Shown here in pieces: positions 40,316 through 49,959 of a stretch of 64,000 bases of DNA. Source of the DNA: Candidatus Bathyarchaeia archaeon (GTDB taxonomy: Archaea; Thermoproteota; Bathyarchaeia; TCS64); contig JBEKDF010000010.1 of NCBI GenBank assembly GCA_050014495.1, positions 1 through 64,000 on the forward strand, read 5' to 3'. Made by a program: the position numbers and the translations under genes. Each line of letters begins with the position of its first letter. Positions within the stretch are counted from its first letter, which is position 1. The notes below the pieces were generated by a model. That model worked only from the letters and a program-made list of their open reading frames with translations. It did not search any database and was not told where the DNA came from.

Positions 40316-40960
40316 TTACACTCTGTCGCCTAGGCCTGTGCCGACCTTGCTCTGGCCGCCTGGCAGTTCTGGGAAGGTGTCCTTCATCCTTGATTCGGCG
40401 ATGGTCTGTGCCTCGTCCAATATCTTGGCAGAGTCCTCGTTCACCGACTCGAAGTTGATGGTCATTCCCGTCACTGCGCCTGCGTCGACGACGATGCCAC
40501 TGAGGAGGTTACCGATCTCACCAAGCTCCTTCTCGGCTTGTGGGCTGATTGCCGCCATGCCTGTCTTGATGTCGCTAATGACACCTACGACCGGTAGGAG
40601 GGTGACTGCGACGTCACCTAGTTCCGTGACGGTCTTGAGGCGTAGCGTGATCTGCTCCAAGGCGAGTTTTGCATGGAATATCATCTTCTCCATCTTGCGG
40701 ATCTCGGCGAGCTCATTTGCGAAGACGTTTGCGCGTGCTGTGTCGTGCTTGGCGTATGCGTCGACGATCCTGTTGAAAATGGTCTTGTCGCGTTCCTGGA
40801 AGCGGTTGCTGGCCTGGTCGAGGCGCTGGATCTGCATCTCGATCCGCTTAGTGGCCGCGTCGAGGCGGGGCTTGAGTGGGCCCGGTGGCCTGACTGCGTC
40901 CTTTACCTTGTTTGATAAGGACGGGTCGTTGTTCTTCTCCCATCTGTTAGCAAAACTCAT
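40316..40960 (-). CDS. ESCRT-III/CdvB1-B2-like (Snf7 family)
   Basis: ANVFANELAEIRK...LALEQITLRLKTVTELGD, AKILDEA...FPELP. Confidence 0.92.
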   Translation of the reverse strand: MSFANRWEKNNDPSLSNKVKDAVRPPGPLKPRLDAATKRIEMQIQRLDQASNRFQERDKTIFNRIVDAYAKHDTARANVFANELAEIRKMEKMIFHAKLALEQITLRLKTVTELGDVAVTLLPVVGVISDIKTGMAAISPQAEKELGEIGNLLSGIVVDAGAVTGMTINFESVNEDSAKILDEAQTIAESRMKDTFPELPGGQSKVGTGLGDRV

Positions 40961-41216
40961 TATCTATTACGCTCAAAGATACAAGCGAGCATAAAGAGCA
41001 TCAAACTGTTGTCTCAACAATGTTATCAAATGCGTAGATTGTACTCTTATTTCATGGATGTTTTAACCTCTTTTTGTAATAGAACCTTTGGGCGGTGAGA
41101 GTAACTATTGCATCATTAAATCAAAAAACATAAGGGAGGTTATTCTTTTTTAATAAAATAAACATTTTCACTATACGGCACCCTTAATATATAAATAGGC
41201 TCATCCTTGACCAAGG

Positions 41217-41435
41217 TTGAATAGCATGGCAGGTAGATTTACCGTTTTAGTGGTTTTCGCTGTTCTTGGCTTCGTCGGTGGTATAGTTGCAAAAATGGTG
41301 TACACACCACTAAGTCAATGGATATTGCAAATGTGGCCCAATTTCGGGTTAGATTGGATACTATCTGGCGCAGCCGGTACAGTGCTCACCCTACTGATAG
41401 TGGTCATCTGGGCATCGTTCTCCCCTGATAAGTGA
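41217..41435 (+). CDS. Small two-TM membrane protein
   Basis: Two hydrophobic helices; TATA-like TTAATATATA about 30 bp upstream. Confidence 0.7.
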   Translation: MNSMAGRFTVLVVFAVLGFVGGIVAKMVYTPLSQWILQMWPNFGLDWILSGAAGTVLTLLIVVIWASFSPDK

Positions 41436-41517
41436 ATCATTGGGGAACCTATTTTTTCTCACCATTGTTTATTGGAAACATTTAATGGAGCCCCGCCGCT
41501 GTTCAATTGTCGTGGGC

Positions 41518-42174
41518 ATGGACAGGATATCTTTAAAGATTGATCTCCACGTTCACACTCGCTTTAGCAGAGATGCTATCAACTGTTTTTCTGATATTAA
41601 TGCAGCTTGTAAACGACTTGGCCTCGATGGATACGCCGTCTGCGATCACGATACCATAGAGGGTTTGAGGTCAAATGAGTCTGAAGGACTGGTTCTTGTT
41701 CCAGGGTTAGAGGTGTCGGCCCGAGGTGCTCATGTTCTCTGTCTTGACCCAGTAGAGGTCGTGCCTAGTGGGCTATCCATCGTTGAGACGGTTGAGAGAA
41801 TTCACTCCCAGGGGGCTACCGCGGTTCTCGCCCATCCGAGGGCATTTCCTAGGAGTTTTGTCAGTCTCAGGAATGCGAGTGAGGTGGGTTTTGATGCGGT
41901 GGAGGTTGCTAATGCCGCTCAGATCCCCTTCGGGTTGGTCATGAAATGGAATAGAGATTTAGCAAAAAAGCTTGGGTTGCCGGAGACGGGTGGGAGTGAT
42001 GCTCACTTTCCTGAGACGATTGGAAGGTCGTATACGGTTATAGAGTCGGACTCGAGAAGTCCGGTGGATGTCATTCGTGCGATTAGGGAGGGGAGAACAC
42101 GGGTCTTCGGTTCGGGGACCAAAGTGGGGGAGCGGCTTCTGAGGCTTGGGTATTCTTTGGGTAGCGATGTGTAG
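41518..42174 (+). CDS. PHP-domain phosphoesterase
   Basis: DLHVHT..S.D, CDHD, GLEVS, AHP, GGSDAH. Confidence 0.92.
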   Translation: MDRISLKIDLHVHTRFSRDAINCFSDINAACKRLGLDGYAVCDHDTIEGLRSNESEGLVLVPGLEVSARGAHVLCLDPVEVVPSGLSIVETVERIHSQGATAVLAHPRAFPRSFVSLRNASEVGFDAVEVANAAQIPFGLVMKWNRDLAKKLGLPETGGSDAHFPETIGRSYTVIESDSRSPVDVIRAIREGRTRVFGSGTKVGERLLRLGYSLGSDV

Positions 42175-42213
42175 GGTTATATTGTGGGTGTATCCTCGTC
42201 TGTCTGAGGCGGC

Positions 42214-43497
42214 TTGGCTAGGGTTTATGTAGAGGTCTATGGGTGCAGCGCCAACAGGGCGGATGCCGAGATCGCTTCAGGCCTCCTCCTCGAGGCTGGG
42301 CACGAGATCGTTGACTTGGTTGACGACGCGGATGTCTCCGTGTTGCTGACCTGCATTGTTAAGACGCCAACTGAGCGTAAGGTGGTCAGGAGACTCAGAG
42401 AACTAGGGGACAGGCATATCGTGGTCGCAGGCTGTATGCCAAAGGCTCAAAGGAGTCTTGTTGAAGAGGTTTCACCCAACGCTTGCCTGGTAGGACCAGA
42501 TGATGTTGCGAGAATACCGGATGCCGTCTCCGCTGCTGCTGCTGGGGAGAAGATTGTGTGTCTCGACGGGACCTCACCGGACCGCACATGCTTACCCAGG
42601 TTGAGGTTTAGTGGATTAGTTCACATCGCTCCAATTTCTGCTGGCTGCCTCGGTAACTGTAGCTATTGCATAGTCAAGTTGGCTCGCGGGAGACTTAGAT
42701 CATTCCCCGTGGAGAGAATCGTGAGAGACGCGGAGGAGGCAATCTCATCGGGGTGTAAGGAGATCTGGGTCACTGCGGAGGACACCGCAGCTTATGATTA
42801 CAGTGGAGTAAGGCTACCAGACCTGCTTAGGAGTCTGGAGAAGATTGATGGTGACTTCATGATACGTGTCGGCATGATGACTCCCAACTCGGCGCTGCCT
42901 ATAGTGGATGACCTCGTCGACGCCTTCAGGGGAGAGAAGGTTTTCCAATTTCTCCATGCACCAGTTCAGGCGGGGAGCGACGACGTTCTGGCGAGGATGC
43001 GGAGGAGATACAGTGTCACCGATTTCAAGGAGCTAGTCACACGCTTCAGGGAAGGAGTGCCCGGCATCGGTGTTTCTACGGATATCATATGTGGCTTCCC
43101 AGGGGAGTCTGAGGAGCAGTTCAAGGAGAGTCTGTTCCTAGTCGAGTGGCTCCGCCCTGATGCATTGAATATGAATAGGTTTTGGCCAAGGCCTGGGACG
43201 GAGGCCGTAGAGCTTGAGGGGCAGCTGAACGGACGCATCACGAAGTATAGATCGAGGAGACTCGACGAGCTGTGGACGAAGGTTGGGAGAGAAGCGAATA
43301 AGTCGTGGCTCGGTTGGGAAGGGGAGATTCTACTCGACGAATTAGGTCATAGTGGCGCGAAGATGGGCAGGACTCGCTCGTATAAGGCAGTCACCGTTGT
43401 GACGAAGGCTCGCATCGGGGAGTGGATCAGAGTAAAGATCACAGGTGCTGAGAGGGCGTACCTGTTTGGTGAGGATATTAGGAATAAAATTAAGTAG
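42214..43497 (+). CDS. tRNA methylthiotransferase (archaeal MtaB/CDKAL1-like radical SAM)
   Basis: YGCSAN, TCIVK, AGC, CLGNCSYC, DIICGFPGE, PRPGT, C-terminal TRAM domain. Confidence 0.92.
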   Translation: MARVYVEVYGCSANRADAEIASGLLLEAGHEIVDLVDDADVSVLLTCIVKTPTERKVVRRLRELGDRHIVVAGCMPKAQRSLVEEVSPNACLVGPDDVARIPDAVSAAAAGEKIVCLDGTSPDRTCLPRLRFSGLVHIAPISAGCLGNCSYCIVKLARGRLRSFPVERIVRDAEEAISSGCKEIWVTAEDTAAYDYSGVRLPDLLRSLEKIDGDFMIRVGMMTPNSALPIVDDLVDAFRGEKVFQFLHAPVQAGSDDVLARMRRRYSVTDFKELVTRFREGVPGIGVSTDIICGFPGESEEQFKESLFLVEWLRPDALNMNRFWPRPGTEAVELEGQLNGRITKYRSRRLDELWTKVGREANKSWLGWEGEILLDELGHSGAKMGRTRSYKAVTVVTKARIGEWIRVKITGAERAYLFGEDIRNKIK

Positions 43498-43547
43498 CTA
43501 TGGATGCGCAGACGACTGTAAGTCTACCCAATTCATGCTGGTTAAGA

Positions 43548-43820
43548 CTATTTGGCTTTCTTCAGGGGACTAGTGCTAAGGATAACTCCGAGTATTAGAT
43601 AGAGAATGAACGTCCAGAAGGCGACGTCGAGTGCGAGGTTTAGCCAGTCGTAACTGGGGAACTGTGTTGGGATTACTCGGGTTGAGTACGCTAGTGGGGC
43701 TCCGTAGCTCACGATGTCGATCTGTATTCTCACGAATGGAGTTGGAAACATGCCTGTGCCCCAAGTAAGGAGAATCCCAAGGAGAACGGATAAGGCCGCA
43801 GCGAATAGTCTGCTTGCCAT
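43548..43820 (-). CDS. Small membrane protein
   Basis: MASRLF.. N-terminal TM, YGAPLAY, NLALDVAFW C-terminal TM. Confidence 0.65.
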   Translation of the reverse strand: MASRLFAAALSVLLGILLTWGTGMFPTPFVRIQIDIVSYGAPLAYSTRVIPTQFPSYDWLNLALDVAFWTFILYLILGVILSTSPLKKAK

Positions 43821-43889
43821 ATTTCTCGCGACTTCGAAGCGAGCCGTCTTGGATAAACCTTGGTCGCTTAAGCGCCTATTTATTAGAGG

Positions 43890-44081
43890 ATGGGCATCGA
43901 TATTGTGACCATGAGCGCTGCGAGTAGGCAGGGAGTGGGGAAGAAATGCGGGCAGTGTAGGAAGTATTCGCGGAACACATTCTACTGCTCTAGGGAGCAT
44001 AAGGTGCTCGATCAGAATAAGGAGGCGTGTGCTTCATTTGCGCCTAGGGAGTCACATCGCCCAAGGATGAGAAAGTTCTAG
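43890..44081 (+). CDS. Small Cys-rich (zinc-finger-like) protein
   Basis: CGQCRKY...YC...ACASF. Confidence 0.55.
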   Translation: MGIDIVTMSAASRQGVGKKCGQCRKYSRNTFYCSREHKVLDQNKEACASFAPRESHRPRMRKF

Positions 44082-44087
44082 AGAAAA

Positions 44088-44438
44088 TCAGTGGTTATCA
44101 GCGAGATGTAGATTTGCAACTATCGGTTCCTGCAAGATACATAAGATGCCCCTAATCTTAGTAGAGATTCTCCTACCTCTATCAGTCAGCCTAATCATTT
44201 TCAATCTACGTTTCCTTACCTTCCTATCGGTGACCTCAACTAAACCGGCATCCAGCAACGCCTTATAGGAAGAATTTGTGGCTGGTCTCCCGACTCCAAA
44301 TCTCTCACTCATTTCACCATATAGTGCCGTCACGTTCAGCCCCTCAGAATGAATGCTTAACTGAATCAGAACCCTAAGCGCCGCCTTCGGTTCATCAAGG
44401 GGATCCATAATTGGGCGCACGCGTGTTTGTTTTTCCAT
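44088..44438 (-). CDS. Winged-helix DNA-binding protein
   Basis: LRVLIQL...LNVTAL...ALLDAGLV...IRLTDRGRRI. Confidence 0.75.
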   Translation of the reverse strand: MEKQTRVRPIMDPLDEPKAALRVLIQLSIHSEGLNVTALYGEMSERFGVGRPATNSSYKALLDAGLVEVTDRKVRKRRLKMIRLTDRGRRISTKIRGILCILQEPIVANLHLADNH

Positions 44439-44551
44439 AGATTAGCTATCGTGTGAAGTTAATTAAATTCTATCGTCAAAGTCAAGGATTCAGACAATTA
44501 TGTACAATGCATGATACCGATATTAGACATTCTATCTCTTAATACACTTCT

Positions 44552-44580
44552 TATGTAATAGAATGATTGTCTATTACATA
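44552..44580. promoter_or_regulatory. Perfect 11-bp inverted repeat, candidate operator
   Basis: TATGTAATAGA-N7-TCTATTACATA in AT-rich DNA about 115 bp upstream of the wHTH gene. Confidence 0.6.
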
Positions 44581-44638
44581 CATCGTACATTACTAGCAAT
44601 TTATTTGATCCATGCGTGAGCATCAATCGCGTTCTTAA

Positions 44639-45244
44639 TCATCCACTGCTGGAGCGCATCACTGCCCAGCGCCTCGAAGCGTTCACCTCCGGGACCAGGT
44701 GCACTGTTAATCCTGTTAAGTGTTTTTTGTTCGGGTGTTGTGTGCACCTCATCACCTTCATCGTGCACATCACGCACATCGTGCACATTAGCTGTAGTAT
44801 CTCTGGACCCCTTACTATAGCGTGCTTTCCAGCAGGCGTAGCTGCAGAGAGTACGCGTTGTGCATGCTGTGTTGTGCTACCTGCACCTGCTACCTGCTCA
44901 AGAGGTACAACCCAATCAGATATCTGACTGCCAACGAAGCGTGTGCACGCGTGTTAAATTTGTGGAAGCATCCTGAGCAGGCAGAGCATGCACAGCAGGC
45001 TCACCTCCTCCGCACCCTGCTCTATAGCAGGGGTTCCAACAGGTATGGCTGCAGGTGGTGCACGCTGTGCTTGCTCAGCTATGCTACCTGCACCCGCTCC
45101 CGCTCCTGCAACAGATACCCGCTCAAGAGGCGCTACCCATTTAGGTATCTGCTTATCAAGGAAGCCGAGATCATGCAGCTCCTTCCGCTTCGAGCCGCTC
45201 GTCTTCAGCGTCGTGATGTAGCCACCCAGAGCACACGCGCGCAA
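44639..45244 (-). pseudogene. Decayed reading frame with an internal tandem duplication and one in-frame TAA (44954-44956)
   Basis: KQIPKWVAPLERV..AGAGSIAEQAQRAPPAAIPVGTPAI aligns with SQISDWVVPLEQVAGAGSTTQHAQRVLSAATPAGKHAI in the same frame across the stop. Confidence 0.5.
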
Positions 45245-45277
45245 CGGGAGTCGACAAAGGGGGCCCTATTCAGTAAA

Positions 45278-45292
45278 TGGCGGGCCCGGTGG
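45278..45292 (-). repeat. Copy of tRNA-Arg 3' end (att-like site 3)
   Basis: TGGCGGGCCCGGTGG identical to 52432-52446. Confidence 0.8.
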
Positions 45293-45379
45293 TATCCACC
45301 TAAAAGATTATTCCATAAGTATGCACGCGCGCGCAAGTACACGCTAGGGTTAAAAAAGGCATTAATCTAACTGTAGTTT

Positions 45380-46537
45380 ATGGCATCGATGAAGATTCTG
45401 GACGACATTCGAGTCGTGGATCTAACTGATCACTGGTTTGGCCCATGGTGCACCCTCCTCCTAGCAGAACTAGGGGCTGATGTGATTAAAGTTGAGCCGA
45501 CGTGGGGAGCCACGGCGAGAATCGGAGGTGGACAACGCCTGGGTGGTTCAGACCCAGTCTTTCACTACCTGAATATGAACAAGAAGAGCCTCTCCATCAA
45601 CCTGAAGGCAGATCAGGGCCACATGATCTTCATGGAGCTCGTGAAGAGGTCAGACATCGTTGTCCAGAACTATCTCCCCGGCGTAATGGAGAGACTCGGC
45701 CTAGGATACGACGCCCTCAGGGAGGCTAATCCTAGAATCATCTATGCAGCCCTCAGTGGCTTCGGTCAGTACGGGCCCTACTCAAATAGAGCCTCATTCG
45801 ACGTCGTAGCTGAGGCCATGAGCGGCCACACTCGCTTGACCGGGGACCTAGTTGACCCAAATGGTCCGCCTCTTAACATGGCTGAGAGCTATGGGGACCT
45901 CGGACCTGGAACCGTTGCAGCTTATTGCATCATGGCAGCGATCCGAAACAGGGATAGAAAGGGAATCGGGCAGATGTTGGATGTAGCGCAGGCCGATTGC
46001 ATGGTCGCCTTGAACCCGGCTATAGTTGAATATTCGATGACGGGTCTGCTGCCGTGGCAGATCCGTGAGAGGTACCCTACGACTCATATCAGCGGGATAG
46101 TTAAGGCGAGTGATGGGTGGGTTCAGGTAGCCGGATTCAGACCGAGGGCCCTCGACGCCCTCAAGGAGAAGCTGGGTGTGGAGGTTGTGACGCTGGCTGC
46201 TGTGAAGGAGATGGTGAGCGGTATGACGCGAGATGAGGCTGTGGAGTACTTCGTGGATATCGGCATGCCCGTCGCCCCCGTTTACCAGGTGAACGAGAGC
46301 CTTGAAGACCCTCATCTTAATGCGAGAGGCATGTTCATCGAGGTTGAGCATAGTAAGGTGGGGAAATTTAGGACGGTGAACTTCCCCGTCAAGTTCTCTG
46401 ACACGCCAGGTGAGGTGAAGTCCGCCGCCCCGCTCATTGGGCAGCATAACAGGGAGATCCTCAAGGGGCTGCTGGGCTACGATGAAGAGCGAATCGTGGA
46501 GCTTGAGAAAGGAGGCATCATCTATACGGACAAATAG
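45380..46537 (+). CDS. CaiB/BaiF family III CoA-transferase
   Basis: VVDLT..GP...LGADVIKVEP, NMNKKS, NY.PG..ERLGLGY, GFGQYGPY, SYGDL. Confidence 0.93.
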   Translation: MASMKILDDIRVVDLTDHWFGPWCTLLLAELGADVIKVEPTWGATARIGGGQRLGGSDPVFHYLNMNKKSLSINLKADQGHMIFMELVKRSDIVVQNYLPGVMERLGLGYDALREANPRIIYAALSGFGQYGPYSNRASFDVVAEAMSGHTRLTGDLVDPNGPPLNMAESYGDLGPGTVAAYCIMAAIRNRDRKGIGQMLDVAQADCMVALNPAIVEYSMTGLLPWQIRERYPTTHISGIVKASDGWVQVAGFRPRALDALKEKLGVEVVTLAAVKEMVSGMTRDEAVEYFVDIGMPVAPVYQVNESLEDPHLNARGMFIEVEHSKVGKFRTVNFPVKFSDTPGEVKSAAPLIGQHNREILKGLLGYDEERIVELEKGGIIYTDK

Positions 46538-47058
46538 AGGACAAAAGCGTATTTTATACCCTATTTCGGGGATTTTTTCTGTGTGTTTTTCAGCCCTATA
46601 TATCATTAACTAACATTACACAAGAGTGTGTGCGCGCATGTCAAGCATTAATCTTCACAGTTGAGCATCAAATGGAAGTGAGGATAAGCGCGCGCGGGGA
46701 GTGCTTAGAGTTTATCAGTGAATTTGCAGACTTTTGGTCAACTTGTCGTTGTAAGCATTTTAAGCGGGTTTATACCGTAGACCGTAAGAATAATAAGTGC
46801 CATTCAAAGCTTTCATCTATAAAGATACTAGAATAAGAATGAGGAAAAGGAGCTCGATAAGAAAATAAGAAAAATGTTTAAACAGAATATCCGGAAAAAG
46901 AAGCATAGCAGGACCAGGGTTAACGTAATTGTTGCAGCGAGGGTTGCCACAGCCAAAACCCTGACAAAAAATGATGCGCTCAGCCTCGGACAATAATGAA
47001 AAAGCGTTATGTGGAGCTACGAGAGTGTCTCATGGGAGTCTTAGAGGAGGGCTGAGAG

Positions 47059-47631
47059 ATGAGTGAAACAAGTCCTTATGATGTGGAGATACAGAACGTC
47101 GTCGCGTCGGTGACCCTCGACCAGAAGATAAACCTTCTCGACATCATGAAGGTCTTCAGGAACGTGGAGTATAGGCCAAAGCAATTCCCTGGACTCGTCT
47201 TCAGGCTTAAGCGGCCGAAGACAGCGACCCTCATATTCGGCAGTGGTAAGATGGTCTGCACGGGGGCGAAGTCGGAGAAGCAGGCGAGGAGCGCGGTGAA
47301 GAAGGTGGTCAGGGAGCTGAAGACGAACGGGATCATCATACTCGGGAAGCCAAAGATAGTGATCCAGAACATGGTCGCCTCCGCGAACCTCCACGGCAAA
47401 GTAGACCTGGAGACGATGTCTGACGTCCTGGAGCACGTTATGTACGAGCCTGAGCAGTTCCCCGGCGCCATCTATAGGATGACGGAGCCCAAGGTGGTCC
47501 TGCTGGTATTCGCCTCGGGGAAGCTCGTGATCACCGGGGCCAAGAGGGAGGAGCAGGTTCATGAGGCCGCTGACAAGATCAGAGCCATCCTGATCGATTA
47601 CGATCTGCTTTTCTTGGGAGAAGATCTCTAG
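47059..47631 (+). CDS. tbp: TATA-box-binding protein
   Basis: Two repeats: QNVVAS..YRPKQFPGLVFR..LIFGSGKMVCTGAK and QNMVAS..YEPEQFPG..LVFASGKLVITGAK; GGAGG RBS. Confidence 0.97.
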   Translation: MSETSPYDVEIQNVVASVTLDQKINLLDIMKVFRNVEYRPKQFPGLVFRLKRPKTATLIFGSGKMVCTGAKSEKQARSAVKKVVRELKTNGIIILGKPKIVIQNMVASANLHGKVDLETMSDVLEHVMYEPEQFPGAIYRMTEPKVVLLVFASGKLVITGAKREEQVHEAADKIRAILIDYDLLFLGEDL

Positions 47632-47764
47632 TACTAGCTCGCGTGCACCCATTCTTTATCTATGAATCAGAGTACTCTCACCTAAGAAGTTGAGGCTCTT
47701 CATGCGCGCGCGATTCTCGCCTGCCTTGAAAATACCCTGATCATGAACTGAGGTGTAGGATTAG

Positions 47765-47788
47765 TGGCGGGCTCGGTGGGATTTGAAC
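47765..47788 (-). repeat. Copy of tRNA-Arg 3' end (att-like site 2)
   Basis: TGGCGGGCTCGGTGGGATTTGAAC, 23/24 identical to 52432-52455. Confidence 0.88.
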
Positions 47789-47868
47789 GCGTAGATTCGT
47801 GGAGATGTCACCCGCAAATCCCATTTTTTTTATTATTCTGAATAAATAATCAGCGTATTTTACCACGG

Positions 47869-49959
47869 TTAAATAGGTGTCACCTGGCATAGCTGCGATT
47901 TATATGCGGGGAAACCTGATATCGGGTCCAAGTTTTTATCATCGCATAGAAGATTCACGTTTAATTCGTCTGGCCATAGATGGGGTAGATGCACTACACC
48001 TGGTAATGTCGTGTCTGTTATGTTGGCCTTTACTATTACGCTGCCCCTAGAAGAGCTGACCATTACCCTTTGTCTTTGCTCGATTTTTCTCTTCTCGGCG
48101 TCATCGGGGTGGATCTCTAGGAGTGGCTCTGGTACCATTTCTCGAAGCTTCTTTATGTTTCTATACTGGGAGTTGGTGAAGTTGACCGTCCGTGCCCCTG
48201 TTGTGAGCACCAGCGGATATTTTTCCGCTAACTTTGGTGTACTTATGGGGCTCTCAGCTGGTTCCCTATAGATGGGTAGGGGTTCGTACCCATGCTTTCT
48301 TAATATGCTGGACTCGATCTCAACCTTCCCTGAAGGTGTCTTGAAGCCCGTCGCTTCATATTGTTTAATCGACTTAGCTGGCATAGGGTACATGATCCCG
48401 TCGGGAGTTTTCCTGAGTTTCTTCACGGTGAGCCCTATCGGCTCTAGAATTTCATTGAAGCACTTCTCTATGTCGCCGTTCCAGTACTCATCGTCTAATC
48501 CTAGTCGTTTCGCCAACTCATAGTATATTTTCCACTCCGGCCAGGATTCGCCTACTGGCTCTATAGAGGGTTCGATGAGCCATACATGTCCCCCTTCTCT
48601 GGTTAAGAGTATGTCTCGTTCTAGCCATGTGGATATTGGCAGAACTATATCGCTAATTCGTGTGGCGGGTGTGTGGAAGAAGTCGATGTCGACGATTAGT
48701 TCTAGTTGTTTTAGTGTGTCTTCTAGCCTACGGCTGTTGGGGAAGAACTGTAGATTCAATCCCGCTGCCACTAGGGCTCTTATTGGGTAGGGTTTGCTGG
48801 TTAGGATCTGTTCCACTATTGCGTTCGCCTGCATCTCCTCAAAGAGCTCTGTGAAGACTGGGAAACGCTGTGCCCCAACCCCTTGAGGCATGTCTTTTAC
48901 CTTCTCTTGCAGGGTGATCTGCTTTGTTGGTGGTTTTTCGGGGGAGCTTCTGTTACCTCCCGGGACTTCAATGTTTCCTAGTATGGCCGGTATCAGGTAG
49001 ATTGCTCGAGTGTTCTGCACTCCATTCTGGTGGTGTACAGTGGCTTCCGGACTCGTCATGATCTTGCTTGGAGTATTTTTAGCGAACATCAAAGCTGCTT
49101 CTCGGATTTTTTCTGCTGGGACCCAGGTGATTTTCTCCACTTTCTTTGGTGGATAGTCCTGTACGAGTTCTCTAAGTTTATCGAAGCCCACCGTCCATTT
49201 GTTCACGAATTCTTTGTCGTAAAGATTTTCGTTTATGATGATATTCATCATTCCGAGTGCAAGGGCGCCATCTGTTCCCGGGCGCAGCTGGAGATGTATG
49301 TCGGCGATGCCTGCTATCTGAGTCTTCCTGGGATCAACGACGATGTATTTTAGTCTCCTCTCCTTAGCGTCGAGGCAGTTCTTCCAGTTGAGTGGAGTAG
49401 AGTGTCTCACGGCGGAGCCCCAAATCATCATGCATTTACATTCCGGATCTATCTGCCTCGAGTTTACGAGGAAGTTCCCATAGTCTTTACCGAAGTTCAG
49501 TGTAGCGGCGAGCCAGGTCGCCGAGAAGCAGCTGCTTGTCTCAGTAGTGTAGTTAGGGGACCCGTAGGCGTGTACGAGGCGGCGAAGGTATGGTCGTGGC
49601 TCCTTGGTATATGCCACGTAGAAGACAGTTTCCTCTGGTCCACTCTCCTTTTTAATTTCCAGTAATTTTTTGGCGACTGTATCCAGGGCTTCACTCCACG
49701 AGATTTCTTTAAACTCCCCTGTCCCTCTCTCGCCTACTCGCTTCAAGGGATGTAGAATGCGTTCAGGATGATAGACGAAGTCAAGCTGCGCCTTCCATCT
49801 AGGACAGAACTCTCTCGCTTGTTCGTTAAGCATCTCAATTTTTTTCGCTTTCCCATTGACTACATGGACTTTTATTGGGCAATAGCTGTCACACATGTAG
49901 CAGGCGCCTGGCTTAAGTGAGGTGCCTAGCTTCTCCAGAGGCGACTTTTCATTTGCCAT
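47869..49959 (-). CDS. Mo/W-bisPGD oxidoreductase, acetylene-hydratase-like
   Basis: CYMCDSYC...CPR Fe-S motif, HPERILHPLKR, GSPN..SSC, VDPR.T, RPGTDGALAL, EIHPDDA; no Tat signal seen. Confidence 0.9.
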   Translation of the reverse strand: MANEKSPLEKLGTSLKPGACYMCDSYCPIKVHVVNGKAKKIEMLNEQAREFCPRWKAQLDFVYHPERILHPLKRVGERGTGEFKEISWSEALDTVAKKLLEIKKESGPEETVFYVAYTKEPRPYLRRLVHAYGSPNYTTETSSCFSATWLAATLNFGKDYGNFLVNSRQIDPECKCMMIWGSAVRHSTPLNWKNCLDAKERRLKYIVVDPRKTQIAGIADIHLQLRPGTDGALALGMMNIIINENLYDKEFVNKWTVGFDKLRELVQDYPPKKVEKITWVPAEKIREAALMFAKNTPSKIMTSPEATVHHQNGVQNTRAIYLIPAILGNIEVPGGNRSSPEKPPTKQITLQEKVKDMPQGVGAQRFPVFTELFEEMQANAIVEQILTSKPYPIRALVAAGLNLQFFPNSRRLEDTLKQLELIVDIDFFHTPATRISDIVLPISTWLERDILLTREGGHVWLIEPSIEPVGESWPEWKIYYELAKRLGLDDEYWNGDIEKCFNEILEPIGLTVKKLRKTPDGIMYPMPAKSIKQYEATGFKTPSGKVEIESSILRKHGYEPLPIYREPAESPISTPKLAEKYPLVLTTGARTVNFTNSQYRNIKKLREMVPEPLLEIHPDDAEKRKIEQRQRVMVSSSRGSVIVKANITDTTLPGVVHLPHLWPDELNVNLLCDDKNLDPISGFPAYKSQLCQVTPI

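Noticed and set aside
44740..45200. Possible CRISPR array
   Set aside because: The repeats are degenerate 9-bp and ~210-bp units, not constant repeats with unique spacers; no cas genes are present.
44822..45370. 182-aa Cys-rich + strand ORF
   Set aside because: It runs through the att site and arm; the minus-strand frame explains the duplication more convincingly, though neither is proven.
47765..47830. Second tRNA gene or split-tRNA half (also at 50344)
   Set aside because: Only the T-loop-to-CCA part matches; there is no anticodon arm, BHB motif or complementary leader, so it is treated as an att remnant.
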